64,000 bases of DNA from the human T2T-CHM13v2.0 reference genome, Homo sapiens, in the NCBI RefSeq assembly GCF_009914755.1, contig NC_060937.1, one strand, 5' to 3'. The notes beneath the pieces were generated by a model. The model did not search any database and was not told the DNA's origin. It saw nothing but the letters and a program-made list of their open reading frames with translations. Within the stretch, counting starts at the first letter, position 1. Each line of letters starts with the position of its first letter. Both the position numbers and the translations under genes were made by a program. Shown piece by piece: positions 44,155 to 56,861 of the stretch.

Positions 44155-44610
44155 TAAGTCCTCCAGAAATAAATGTTCAAAAAGGATTAGACAAGCAAGA
44201 GATTTATTGAGATAAATACATAAGAATAAAAGAGCAGGGGTTGGTAGGCCTGCGCACAGCATTGCAGGCCTGAGACCGACAATGTTAAATGAGAGACAGG
44301 AGAGAGACCTGACAAGAAGGCTCTCAGACCCTAGTGCTGTTCTCAGAACGTTTGGTCCCAGTGATGTGGAGTTCCTGAGCCAAAGATTCCCATCAGAGGG
44401 TTCTGTAGATCTGCAGGATTGGACTTCCTTCGTGTCCCTTCTGTGTCTGCCTGGGAGAATCCTGAGGGAAGTGTGGTCTCCATGTGCCTGCAGCGGAGAT
44501 CCCGACGGGGGTCGGCTGGGGCTGCCTGTTAGCCATGCTTGCTGTGCTCCCCGCAGGAAGGAAGGAATCTATTGAATCAGAGCTGAGAACTGCATTTCTG
44601 TGGCTTCCAC
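44155..44610 (-). mobile_element. ERVL LTR (LTR16-like)
   Basis: aaggattagacaagcaagagatttattga..., tgcaggcctgagacc, tcctgagccaaagattcccatcagagg. Family call from memory. Confidence 0.5.
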
Positions 44611-45069
44611 AAAATTACACTTGTAGTTAACTGCTGGTTGTGTTTATTGTCATGTAGAATGCTTGCATTTCTACTCTTAGGGCACACTCACATTTTCCTG
44701 AGTGAAAGATGAGGGTCCAAGCCTTTTGGGTCTTAGGTAACCCTCATTTAATATTTGATACAAACACTGGTGGATTTGTTCCCCTTCTAGAATGCACACT
44801 TAAAAGATCAAAAGCGAAGTAGACACTTGGAATAGAAATTTTTACATCTAAGAATATTGAATTTAGGAGTCACTTATTATGGCTTCTTCAGTAACAGGAT
44901 GAACGGGAGAAAATGTACAACAAATTTTGAGCCGTAGTGTGGTAGAAACATAAGTCTTAAAATCTGATAGGCAGCTTATGATCACAGAAACAACATGAAC
45001 TTTGGAGTTAGATAAGCCTGGGTCCAAAACCTGGTCATTACCACAAATTATTTATTTAACACTATGAGC

Positions 45070-45415
45070 CTAAGGTACTGTTTCTTTGGATGTAGGTAGA
45101 AAACATTTCCCAGCATCCCTTGTACTGGGTATGGACATGTGACTAATTCTGTCCTACATAATGGGAGTGGAAGGGCTGTGTGTCACTTCTAAACCTGGCC
45201 ATAAAACCTTCAACATGACATTCTCCCTTCTTCTAACTGGATTCAAACAATAATGAGGCAGTAGGGGATGGCAGAGCCATCAGATGAAAGGAACTCACCC
45301 TAAATGATGGCCTGGACAAGAGCTATAATCATGAAAACCCACCCAGTAGCTTACGTAAGCAAGAAATGAGCATGCGTTATGTTTGAGCCATTCAATTACT
45401 GGGTCTATCTATAAC
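45070..45415 (+). mobile_element. Old MLT1 (I/J/H-like) LTR nested in a MIR
   Basis: acatttcccagcatcccttg...ggacatgtgactaattctgtcc...tgtgtcacttctaaacctgg...gatggcagagcc; MIR halves on both sides. Confidence 0.6.
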
Positions 45416-46973
45416 TTAGAATACTGATATGTGATCTAGTGAGAATTCAATGCTAATACATAAAGAATATTTAATTCACAGTAGATGCTCAATAAATATT
45501 AAATCCTACCCTCATTGGTAGCTTAGCCAAAGGGTACTTGGAAATGCATAGGTTTTAAATAATAGAAATAAAGTTTAAATAATCTAAATTCAGGCTGTTT
45601 CCAAGATCCATACCAATCATAATCAAATTCTTAATAATTCTTATTTTATAGCATATCACTATCTGTAGAAACGTAGCAGTACAGGAGGGATAGAGTTGGA
45701 ACATTTTGCACAGCTTGTTCAGATGTGGGAGGATCATTATTCACTCATATATGCATGAGTTAAAAGAAACTCTCATGCCACACATGAATTCTCCAGATGT
45801 AGAAATAATATTTTGTAGCTGATCTCTTACTGAGTGAGTTCTAGAGAAAAGCTATGACGTGTAATTTTTGGCACTAGAGAATATCTTCACAGCAGGAAAT
45901 TCAGTAACATTAAAAACAATATTTTTTAAACAACTTAGTTGTGTTGGTCACTGTTGCTAGGCATGTAAGCCATATGACACTCACAAAAGAAATAAAGTAA
46001 TTGTGCATTCTAATTATTAAGAGAAGAAAACAAAGATCTCTAAATCCTTAATGTTGACCCTAACTCTGTTTCTAATGCTAACACTCTAACCCTAAGTATG
46101 TCTGCATGGGCTTGAGGTCTTGTGCATAACTACACAAAATAACAGAATGGCACTCCTGGAGGGGCTGGTAGAAAGCAGTTTACACAGGCAATCTCCTTTG
46201 AGCCTCAGACTAGCCCTTTGAAACTGGCACTTCCCACCATTTATAGATGGCGTAACTGAGGTTCAGTGAAAGCAAATAATAAATAGAGCAGTGCACCCAA
46301 GAGTGAGGAGTTAAGCCTGGATTTGATTATGAATCTGACTGCACTCAAACCTATGTTCCCTCCACTAGACAACACTAATTTACCTGGGATTAGCTGTGTA
46401 GGCTTGAGTCTTTTTTCCCAAACAACTGAATTTTTCATTTGAAAACGTAAACTTTTTTTTTATGATTCGGCAACCTTTCCAAAACCCAGCCTTGGCTTAG
46501 GATGAGTTGTTGTTATGCATGTTATCTCTTGATATGTCGATATGTTGTTATCTCTTTTGTTGTCACACATGCAGGGCAGTGCTATCATCAAGGGATACCA
46601 AAGCACTTCTGCCGGCTGTTCTAGGAAAAGGCAGGGCTAGATGAGCCCCCTTTTCCAGTTAGTTTGTCCTGTTTCCACATTTGCTGTTTTTAAGAAAGGC
46701 ATGAAAGGGCCCCGTTTTTTCCAAAGTATTATTTTAAATCACTATTCTTTACCGCCAAAGAAGTGCTCACTAGACACAAAGAAATGACTAATATCTTAAA
46801 TCAGAACACCTAAATTGATTTCTGATACTGTCATTTACAAACTGTGCAGTTTTTGTTAAATTACATATTCTCTGACCTTCAGTTTTCATGTATGACAAAT
46901 GTGAATATTAATACCTGTGTCATATGATTATTGTGTCAACTTAATGAAATATGTAAAAAAGTGTTTCAAAATC

Positions 46974-47304
<331 letters not shown>

Positions 47305-47971
47305 CTAATATTTTCACCACTAAAAAGTAAAGATTTCAATGCTTAAGTTCTTCAGATAGAACAACAGCTCACATCCTTGGGTATTTACTAATTTATTTTG
47401 CGTTTGGCTCAACTTACAGCATAATTCCTTTCCACTTTTTGTCTTGATTTGGGTATGTATTTCATTTAAAATTTGAAAGTTGCTTCCAAAATCAATAATC
47501 ACCTGGCAACTGTGGTAATAGGTCTTTTGGACATGTAGAAGATAATTATATAATCTCTTTTTTTAAAATACAACATGAAATATTAAGAAAGAAGGGTTTG
47601 GGGGACAGTTTTTGAACACAAATGCGATGTGAGTTATGTTATGGTCAGATGCTCATGTTTATGAAAGTTCTCCTTATGACCAGATGGATAAACCATTTGT
47701 TGTAAATAAATGGCAAAATATGGGATAATAAAACAGCAGCTGATGAGGGTTTGGCTGGAATGTGCATACGTACACAAAAATACACACACAACACACACAC
47801 ACATACATATACTCAACAACATACATATTAGAAAGAGATAAATGTTATTCATTAATTTCATTTTCTAAACATGAAAAATACAAATAAAAATATATATCTA
47901 GGCAGTGTTTTGTGCACCAAATAATGTTCTGGTTGCATTCTAACTTTTGGAGACCTCACAAGGAAATAGCC

Positions 47972-48520
47972 TCTTTTTTTTTTTTTTTTTTTAATTATAC
48001 TTTAAGTTCTAGGGTACATGTGCACAATGTGCAGGTTTGTTACATATGTATACATGTGCCATGTTGGTGTGCTGCACCCATTAACTCGTCATTTACATTA
48101 GGTGTACCTCCTAATGCTATCCCTCCCCCCTCCCCCCACCCCATGACAGGCCCCAATGTGTGATGTTCCCCTTCCTGTGTCCAAGTGTTCTCATTGTTCA
48201 ATTCCCACCTATGAGTGAGAACATACAGTATTTGGTTTTCTGTCCTTGTGATAGTTTGCTGAGAATGATGGTTTCCAGCTTCATCCATGTCCCTACAAAG
48301 GACATGAACTCATCCTTTTTATGGCTGCATAGTATTTCATGGTGTATATGTGCCACATTGTCTTAATCCAATCTATCATTGATGGACATTTGGGTTGGTT
48401 CCAAGTCTTTGCTATTGTGAATAGTGCCACAATAAACATACGTGTTCATGTGTCTTTATAGCAGCGTGATTTATAATCCTTTGGGTATATACCCAGTAAT
48501 GGGATGGCTGGGTCAAATGG
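47972..48520 (-). mobile_element. 5'-truncated L1PA 3' end
   Basis: poly-T, ttatactttaagttctagggtacatgtgcac...gggatggctgggtcaaatgg; TSD ggaaatagcctctt at 47962-47975 and 48519-48532. Confidence 0.96.
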
Positions 48521-48849
48521 AAATAGCCTCTTCTTATAGAAGGTTCTATTTAGACAGAAAAGAGCTGGCTGGCCAAATTCAGGGTGTCAAGGGCAGCACT
48601 TCAGTCTCTTCAGGTTGGTATGCCTGCTGCGATATCTTCTGTTACCCTAAAAACACTGCTCTGAGAGCCACCTGTGTTGGTGCCTACTCCTCCATGGGAG
48701 TTTGAGTCAGAGGGCACATTCTGCTTATTCATGTGCCAACATAATGAAACCTCAATAGGAACCCTAATATTCGTGTCCCAAAGACTGAACTGAATCTACA
48801 GTGGTATCCCCACAATCCAGCAAGTGAGATTCAGAGAGAAAAAGTCATG

Positions 48850-48898
48850 TATTAGTTGGGTGCAAAAGTAATTGTGCTTCTTGCCATTACTTTTAATG
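48850..48898. mobile_element. Partial MADE1 (Hsmar1-derived MITE)
   Basis: tattagttgggtgcaaaagtaattgtgcttcttgccattacttttaatg. Confidence 0.75.
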
Positions 48899-49419
48899 AG
48901 GTAACTAAATTACATAGCCGTCATCAAGGTATGCTTGCAGAAGATGTTGAAAATTAGTGTAACTTGGCCTTTTAATGGGAAGGAGGCACTTTTCTCATTA
49001 AGAGAGTTCAAGTCCCCAGTAGTGAATATTGTAAATGGGCTCTGATTAGGTCACAAATTATGAATTTTAGGTTATGAGAACCTTAGGAAGATTTAGGAGG
49101 GTACACAGGGCTGGCTGGCCACAGAATGGTCCCATACACAGGCATGTCTGCGTTTTCAGAAGAGGAGAAATATACTGTGTTTCTCTAGTTCTCCTTCTGA
49201 CGAATATGACAATGAGGACCTACATGGAAAACAAACTTCTCATTAGTTTTCTTTTCTGGAACAATTTAGAATTATGAATCCACTTTTCTCTGAGAACTGG
49301 ACTCACAAGACCTGCAATTCAGTTGCCATCTCACTCCATGAGGACACTTGGTGCTGTTCTTGTCCGAGCATACTTCATGAGTCTACTCAGTGTTGCTAGC
49401 TATGCACTCATCTGAATGG

Positions 49420-49695
49420 GCTTTTACTTGAAGTTGGGCTGGGAAATGTTTTGTTCAGTGAGTATTCTGTGTGTTTTAAGCATTTGTTTTTATATTTTTC
49501 TTCTGTCTGGAAAAAAGAGGTCAGAAGGGTTCAAGAGCTCTTTTCCTAACTTTCTCAAGCTTTTACTTGAAGTTGGGCTGGGAAATGTTTTGTTCAGTGA
49601 GTATTCTGTGTGTTTTAAGCATTTGTTTTTATATTTTTCTTCTGTCTGGAAAAAAGAGGTCAGAAGGGTTCAAGAGCTCTTTTCCTAACTTTCTC
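49420..49695. repeat. Perfect direct tandem duplication: 137-bp unit twice, 2-bp spacer (period 139)
   Basis: 49420-49556 is identical by eye to 49559-49695 (gcttttacttgaagttgggc...cctaactttctc). Confidence 0.97.
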
Positions 49696-50237
49696 TAATG
49701 GTAATGTCCTCAAAACCCAAACACAACAGATTTTTAATGCTCTCTGTTCTAATCACTGCTTTTGACAGCGTCTAATTATAACAGGTGTGCTCTTCTAAAA
49801 GATCACCATGTTTTATGCTAATCCCTTGAGCTGTTTTGAGATCCTTTGAACCTGCAGAACGTTTGTAATTTCTTACTTGTAAACCATTAATATATGCTGA
49901 GTATTCACAATGCTAATTAATCCACAAGAAGGTTGAATTGGTGAGTGCTGTGCATCATAGAGCCTGTGGTTGTATATATTATAAACCTACCTGATTTCCT
50001 TTTTCATTTTGATTACTAGAGAATCAGTCATTTCCTGGCAGTTAATCAGATGCCACAGAAATTCTCATCTCAGTTCCAGCTATCCTGCTTATATCACTTA
50101 TTTTTTGATTTATAAAAAATTATTATTACCATTACAATCTTTGAGATTTGGTTGCTGGTGAACTTAACAAACTCATTTTCTCTCTCGCAACTTTTCCTTC
50201 TAACTGGGCTGTTAGCTATTGGTTAGGTAAAATGTAT

Positions 50238-50390
50238 GGAGAGCATTATGACAAATAGCTAATGCATGAGGGGCTTAAAACCTAGATGACGGATTAATAG
50301 GTGCAGCAAACCACCGTGGCACATGTATACCTATGTAACAAACCTACACGTTCTGCACTTTATCCTTTTAAAAATAAAAAGATAAATAAA
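50238..50390 (+). mobile_element. Short L1PA (older, ~PA8-like) 3' end
   Basis: gcattatgacaaatagctaatgcatgaggggcttaaaacctagatgac...tatacctatgtaacaaacct + A-rich tail. Confidence 0.88.
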
Positions 50391-51521
50391 ATGTTGTGTC
50401 ATTAAGATTATCATACTTTCATATAGGCTTCAATTTACCATCATTCAAGAATTTTGCATGTAAATCTCATTAAACAACTACGTGTGTTAATTACAACATC
50501 AAAAAATATAGCTGCCTCCTTTTCATTCAGAGAGGTAACACCATGCACCTCAGAAAAGTAATGTTGCGTCTCTGATTTTTAATATGACTCAGATCAATAG
50601 GCATTTATCCAGATTCTTTCTCTCTTTGGTTTTAAGGCTGATTTCTTTTTCTTCCACTTCTACTTCTCTGATTACTTTCTTCTTAGTTCCTTTGATGGAC
50701 TTTATATCTGACTACTTTTTCCCTTTTTAAATTGTGACAAAATACACATAAAATCTGCCATCTTAGTGATTTTTAAGTGTGCAATTCAGCAGTATCAAAT
50801 ACATTTGTAATGTCTGCAACCATCACCAGCATTCATCTGCAGCACTCTTTTCATCATGTGAAAGTGAAACTGTATTATTCTATTTTCTGTCTCTATGATT
50901 CTGACCACTCTAGGGACCTCATATAAGTGGAATCATACAGTCATTTTTGTGTGTGAATATGGCTTATTTCACTTGGCATAATGCTGTCAAGTTTCCTCCA
51001 CATTCTAGCCTATATCAGAGTTTTCTTCCTTTTTAAGGCTGCATTATATTCCATTGTATGTGTATACCACATTTGTTATTTATTCATCTGTCAATGGACA
51101 CTTGGGTTGTTTCCATGTTTTAGCTACTGTAAATAATGCTGCTGTGAACATAGGCGTACATATATCTGTTCCAGACTCTGCGTTCACTTCTTTTGGGTAC
51201 ATATATCTGAAAGTGGAACTGCTGGATTACATGGTAATTCTGTGTTTAACTTTTAAGGAGCCACCACACTGTTCTCCACGGCAGCTATAATACTTCACAT
51301 TCCCGCCAACAGTGCAGAAGGGTTCCAAATACTTCACATTCTTGCCATTACCTGCTATTTCCTGCTATTTTGATAGTAGCCACCCTAATGTTGTGAAGTG
51401 GTATGTTGTAGTTTTTATTTGCAGTTCCCAAGTGACTAGAGATGTTGAACATCATTTTATGTTCTTATTAGCCATTTGTATTTTTTAAAGATATGTCTAT
51501 TAAAGTCTTTGTCCATTTTTT

Positions 51522-52427
51522 GCATGACAAAAAGTCTTCACTTTTAAGTGATTATTGGTACACCAACTAATAACATGTAACAAATTCTTGAATTCTGTCA
51601 TCTGGTAATTTTGATTAAGATAAACTAAAAGGAACCCAAACAATTATACTAGTATTCATTTTTCTAATCATCAGCAGGAATGAACTACTTGAAGGCTGGC
51701 TGCCATTTCACATATGTTACAAATAACCACTAGTTTTTCAGCGATAAAGCCCTTGACCTTCAAGAGAGCATCAGGGGGAAAAATATTTAACATCTTTCTT
51801 CCTTCAAATAAATTTTTTACTAGATATGCCTTTTGGCTCAAGAAACATTGCCATATATGTTGCTTGAACCAAAAGGCATAGGAAACAGACAATATACCCG
51901 TTAAATTTCTAAGGCATATGAGGTTAGAAGATGAAAGCTTTAGATAACTTCTAAGTCGGTACAAAGAAGCTAGATTTGTTACTTTCCGAAGTGTGAAGGG
52001 ACCTACTGCATAATGTACAGAAATAATTTAATGACTTTTCATAAGAATGTAATTCAAGCTTTGCTAAAGCTTCATATTTTATGAGCGCATGTAAAATGCC
52101 AATCCATGAAACAGGCACTTCTTTCTTCTCCTATCTATTTATGCAGTAGTTTTATAGATTTATGGCCAGATGTTGCAGACAAAGGCCAAGAGGTTAATCA
52201 AGACTTCATATATGCCCAGTGGGAAGTAGATCTGGAGTAAAGTCTTTTTTCCTGGGTCGCCCTCTCCACTTCATTGCTGCAGCTGCCATGGGATACTAGT
52301 GCCATGGCTTCCTTGGCCTTGAACTCTTCCTCCCTCTGTAGGCAGAACTGTTCAGTCTCAGCCCGAGCTGCTGCTTTGGTCAGCTTCAGCTTCTGGTTCT
52401 CTAGCTTGTGGGCATCTGACACCTCAC
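51522..52427 (-). pseudogene. ATP6V1G1 (retrocopy): Processed pseudogene of V-ATPase subunit G1 (ATP6V1G1): CDS from ~codon 20 to stop (52427-52131) plus probable 3' UTR
   Basis: Translation EVSDAHKLENQKLKLTKAAARAETEQFCLQREEEFKAKEAMALVSHGSCSNEVERATQEK aligns to recalled ATP6V1G1 KVSEARKRKNRRLKQAKEEAQAEIEQYRLQREKEFKAKEAAALGSRGSCSTEVEKETQEK. Downstream frame gives NLLAFVCNIWP. Intronless, frameshifted, no start codon. Confidence 0.92.
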
Positions 52428-54094
52428 CTGTCATTGATGAGCACTTAGGTTGATTCCACATCTTTGCTATTGTGAATACTGATGCAATGAACATTTACAT
52501 GCATGTGTCTTTATGGTAGAATGAAAACTGGCACAAGACAAGGATGCCCTCTGTCACCACTTCCATTCAAAATAGTATTGGAAGCCCTAGCCAGAGCAAT
52601 CAGCCAAGATAAAGAAATAAAGGCATCGAAATAGGAAGAGAAGAAGTCAAACTATCTCTGTTTGCAGATGACATGAATGTATATCTAGAAAACCTCATAG
52701 TCTTGGCCCAAAATCTCCTCCAGCTGACAAACAACTTCAGCAAAGCTTCGTGATACAAAATCAATGTGCAAAAATCACTAGCATTCCTATACATCAACAA
52801 CAGTCAAACCAAGAGCCAAATCAGAAAGGCAATCTCATTCACAAATGCCACAAAAAGAATAAAATACCTAGAAATACAGCTAAACGGGGAGGTGAAAGAT
52901 ATCTGCAATAAGAATTACAAAACACTGCTCAAAGCAATCAGAGAAGACACAAACAAATAGAAAACATCCCATGCTCATGGTTAGGAAAAATCAATATAAT
53001 TAAAATGGCTATATTGCCCAAGGCAATTTACAAATTCAACACTGTTCCCATGAAACTACCAATGTCATTCTGCACAGAACTAGAAAGAACTATTTAAAAT
53101 TCATATGGAACCCGAAAAGTGACTGAATAGCCAAGGTAATCCTAAGCAAAAAGAACAAAGCTGGAGGCATCATGTTACCCAACTTCAAACTATACTACAA
53201 GGCTACAGAAAACCAAAATATCATTGTACTGGTATAAACACAGGCACATAGACTAAGGGAACAGAATAGAGAACCAAGAAATAAGGCTGCACATCTACGA
53301 CCATCTGATCTTCAACAAAACTGACAAAAACTAGCAATAAGGAAATGACTCCCTATTCAATAAATTGTGCTGGGATAACTGGCTAGCCATATGCAGAAGA
53401 ATGAAGCTGGACCTCTTCCTTACACCATATACAGAAATCAACTTAAGATGGATTAAAGATTTAAATCTAAAACCCCAAACTATAAAAACCCTGAAAGACA
53501 ACCTAGGCACTACCATCCTGGACATAGGAACAGGCAAAGATTTCATGACAAAGGCACCAAAGCAATCGCGGCAAAAGCAAAAATTGACAAATAAGATCTA
53601 ATTAAACTTAAGAGTTTCTGCACAGCAAAATAAACTATTAACAGAGTAAACAGACAACGTATAGAATGGGGGAAATATTTGCAAACTATGCCTCTGACAA
53701 AGGTCTAATATCCAGCATCTTTAAGGAACTTAAACTTGCAAGAGAAAAACAACCCCATTACGAAGTGGGCAAAGGAAATGAATAGAGACTTCTCAAAAAG
53801 AAGACATACATGTGGCTAACAATCATATGGAAAAAAGCTCATTACCACTGATTATTAGAGAAATGCAAATCAAAACCACAATGAGATACCATCTCACACC
53901 AGTCAGAATGGCTATTATTAAAATGTAAAAAAATAACAGATGCTGGTGAGGTTGCAGACAAAAGGGACCACTTGTATGCTGTTGGTGGGAGTATAAATTA
54001 GTTCAGCCACTGTGGAAAATGGTATGGTGAATTCTCAGAGAACTAAAAGCAGAATTACCGTTCGATCCGGCAATCCCAGTACTGGGTATTATAC
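52428..54094 (+). mobile_element. Older L1PA (~PA13-16-like) ORF2 segment, 5'-inverted (- strand 52428-~52524; + strand ~52525-54094)
   Basis: ggcacaagacaaggatgccctctgtcacc, tttgcagatgacatg (FADD motif), ...caatcccagtactgggtat; many stops and frameshifts. Confidence 0.93.
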
Positions 54095-55149
54095 TTTTGT
54101 CCATTTTTTACATCTTTTCTTTTTTTGAAATTTGAGGTGTTCTCTATATATTCTGGATATTAATCCTTTATCAGATATATGATTTGCAAAAATGTTCTTC
54201 CATTTTGTGGGCTGCTTTTTTATTGTATCCATACTACATTGTGATGCACAATTAAAAACAAATTTTCACTAACTCCAGTTTGTCTATATTTTGTTTTGTT
54301 GCCTGTGCTTTTGGTGTCATATCGGACTGCTATTCAACTACACAATTACCTGCTAAACAACTTAAGAACATGTCTTTCATACATCTCAGACATCTCAAAA
54401 TAATCCTCTAAATTAGACATATTTGCCCCCAAGTCTAAGGAGGCAAGTAAACAGAGCAATAATCCTCTGTTTAATCTCAATCTGAGTTAATGGCCTTATT
54501 ATCTATTGGCTACTCAAGAGAAAAACTTCAGGTATAAATAGTTTCCCACCACCTCTAGCCAGCCCTTATCTGATGAGAAAACCAAACCAAACCAAACCAA
54601 ACCTTTTGGTACTTCACTTGTACCACAATAGTACTATTACAAGGTAGAATAATTAGGACAAAATTTCCCCTTTTTCATTTGATGGCACTTATGACAGGTG
54701 ACTTTGAATGGTTAAATATTGTTTCTAATCCTCCAGGCTAATTGATTTGATACATCTGTCGGATCAATGTGCCTCCTAATTCAGCAACTCTTGTGAAAAA
54801 TGTTTTAGATCAAATATAAATTTAGATGTTTACAGTTTGAAAGGGGGAGAGAAAGATGTCTAGAATGGATAGACCCTGAATATCTTCAAAACTCAAGAGC
54901 TAACAAGCATAAAAAATGTTAAATGTTAAAGTTGCAGCAGAAAATTGACTTGTTAGATGAGATCCCCATATGCCTCTATCTTTCTTTTTATTAATCCCCT
55001 CAATATACTATGGATTTTTATGAGAATAAACTTGGTAAGATATTTTAAATACCCATACAACATTTGCCAAGCACATGTCTTTGTGTTAGCTGGATCGATA
55101 ATTAAATTTACCTTCCTCAGTTTGTTTGATAATGCAAGAAAAATAAACC

Positions 55150-55905
55150 CTCTAATTAATAGCTATTTTTTCCGAAGTGTATCCCAAATCTCTTGGGGGT
55201 CTCCTGTTCTCAATGTCATCTACTATTTTAAGTCATAGTCTCTTTCATCTAGATTTTTGTAATTATCTGTGTAAATTACTTTTAGTTATCTTTTCTCTTC
55301 TTTACCATCTTTTCCTCATGCTCAGACTGATTTTTCTAAAACAAAAATCTCAGCATTTTTCTTCTTGATATAAAATCATTAAAGTTTTACCACATTTCCT
55401 ATATAATCTAGTGCTAACTCTTTAGCCTGACATCTGGCATAAACCTGCATGGCCCCTCCTACCATAGTGTTTTAACAATTACACTTTTCAAGCCAGGCAA
55501 TCCATATCTGTTACTGTTCTTATAAGGGTCCAAGGTCTTTATGTTTCCGCATGTTTACAATTGAGTTCTCTCCACTTGGACCCCATTTGCCATTTTCTTT
55601 ACCTGTCAACCTCCAACTCTGTCTTGAAAATCCAACTCAGAAGATGTGCTCTTTGTGAAGTCTTCTACTGCTCTACTGTGAAGAGTGAGATGCTCTCTTT
55701 CTTGTAAGCCAATAGCATGTATAACACTAACGTCACACTTTGTCCATTGGATTTCATCTATATATTTATTTTTGAATTCCTTAACAGATTGTGGGAAACC
55801 CTCAAGGTCAAGCACTTATTGACATCTTTATTTATACCAGAATATAGCACAGTGGGAAGCACCAAAACAGATGGTCAAGAAACATCATGTGTACAGAGAA
55901 ATAAA
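55150..55905 (+). mobile_element. Degraded LINE-2 3' region
   Basis: ctcagactgatttttctaaaacaaaaatctcagcat..., L2-like terminus tataccagaatatagcacagtg...aataaatgaa. Confidence 0.55.
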
Positions 55906-56497
55906 TGAAGTGCAAGGTTTATAAATCATCTATACTTACAAAGAAACAATAAAATGAACACAAGACTTCCTCTTCTAACAAAATATAATTTTGTGCACTA
56001 TTTAATTCCTGCTGAAATCAGTATCATTGACAATGAAAATGTTTCTTATTTCAATTGTCTGTTGCTGACATGAGTGCTGAAAGAAACTAAAACACTTTGA
56101 AAGATAAAGTAAAACAATTCCTTTGGAAATGAAGTATTTGTAAAATCAAAAACACTGAGAATCTAATGATTATGAGTTAAAATAGAAAATATGACTTTAG
56201 GCTTAGTGTTAAACAGTAACTTTATAAAAGGAACAGAAGCAGAAAAATAAAAATAGCAATAGAACTCACATATACTATTTTCAAATCTATACAAATTTGC
56301 CCTCCCAACCGTTTTAATAAAGCTCAATTCTTTGAAATAGTTTATGGAAGTGAAGTTCAAATGAAGTTTGTTTCATTAGTGCTATTATCTCATCTAGATC
56401 ACAGATTTCCAAAGGACAATCTTTAGATATATAGGAATACTGTTAAGTGATTTGTGATATTCATGTCTATGAAATATATAAATAAAACTTTGGTATG

Positions 56498-56861
56498 TGA
56501 TATGGTTTCGCTGTGCCCCTACCCAAATCTCAACTTGAATTGTAGCTCCCAGAATTCCCAAGTGTCATTGGAGAGACCCAGTGGGAGGTAATTAAATCAA
56601 GGGGGTGGGTTTTTCCCGTGTTATTTTTGTGATAGTGAATAAGTCTCATGAGATCTGATGGTTTTATAAAGGGCAGTTCCCCTGCACACGCTGTCTTGCC
56701 TGCCCCCATGTAAGACGTGCCTTTGCTCCTCCTTTGCCTTCTGCCATGATTGGGAGGCTTCCCCAGCCATGTGGAACTGTGAGTCCATTAAACCTCTTTT
56801 TCTTTATAAATTACCCAATATCAGGTATTTCTTCACAGCAGTATAAAAATGGACTAATACA
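56498..56861 (+). mobile_element. Solo THE1 (C/D-like) LTR
   Basis: tgatatggtttcgctgtgcccctacccaaatctcaacttgaattgtagctccc...attaaacctctt...ggactaataca; TSD gtatg/gtata. Confidence 0.93.

Larger units (their letters stand above)
50722..54325 (-). mobile_element. Old L1M (L1MB-like) 3' region, split by the retrocopy insertion (50722-51521 and 54096-54325)
   Basis: ctagggacctcatataagtggaatcatacag...atgtctattaaagtctttgtccattttt; resumes with tctctatatattctggatattaatcctttatcagatatatgatttgcaaa. Confidence 0.88.

Noticed and set aside
46040-46096. Telomere-like CCCTAA degenerate repeats
   Set aside because: Only about two exact hexamers; too degenerate to call an interstitial telomeric sequence.
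52198-52494. 98-aa ORF fusing L1 ORF2 ([18 protein letters not shown]) in frame with ATP6V1G1-like sequence, as a functional chimeric gene
   Set aside because: The G1 part is heavily diverged, 5'-truncated and frameshifts after QEK; no promoter or expression evidence. In-frame joining has a 1-in-3 chance.
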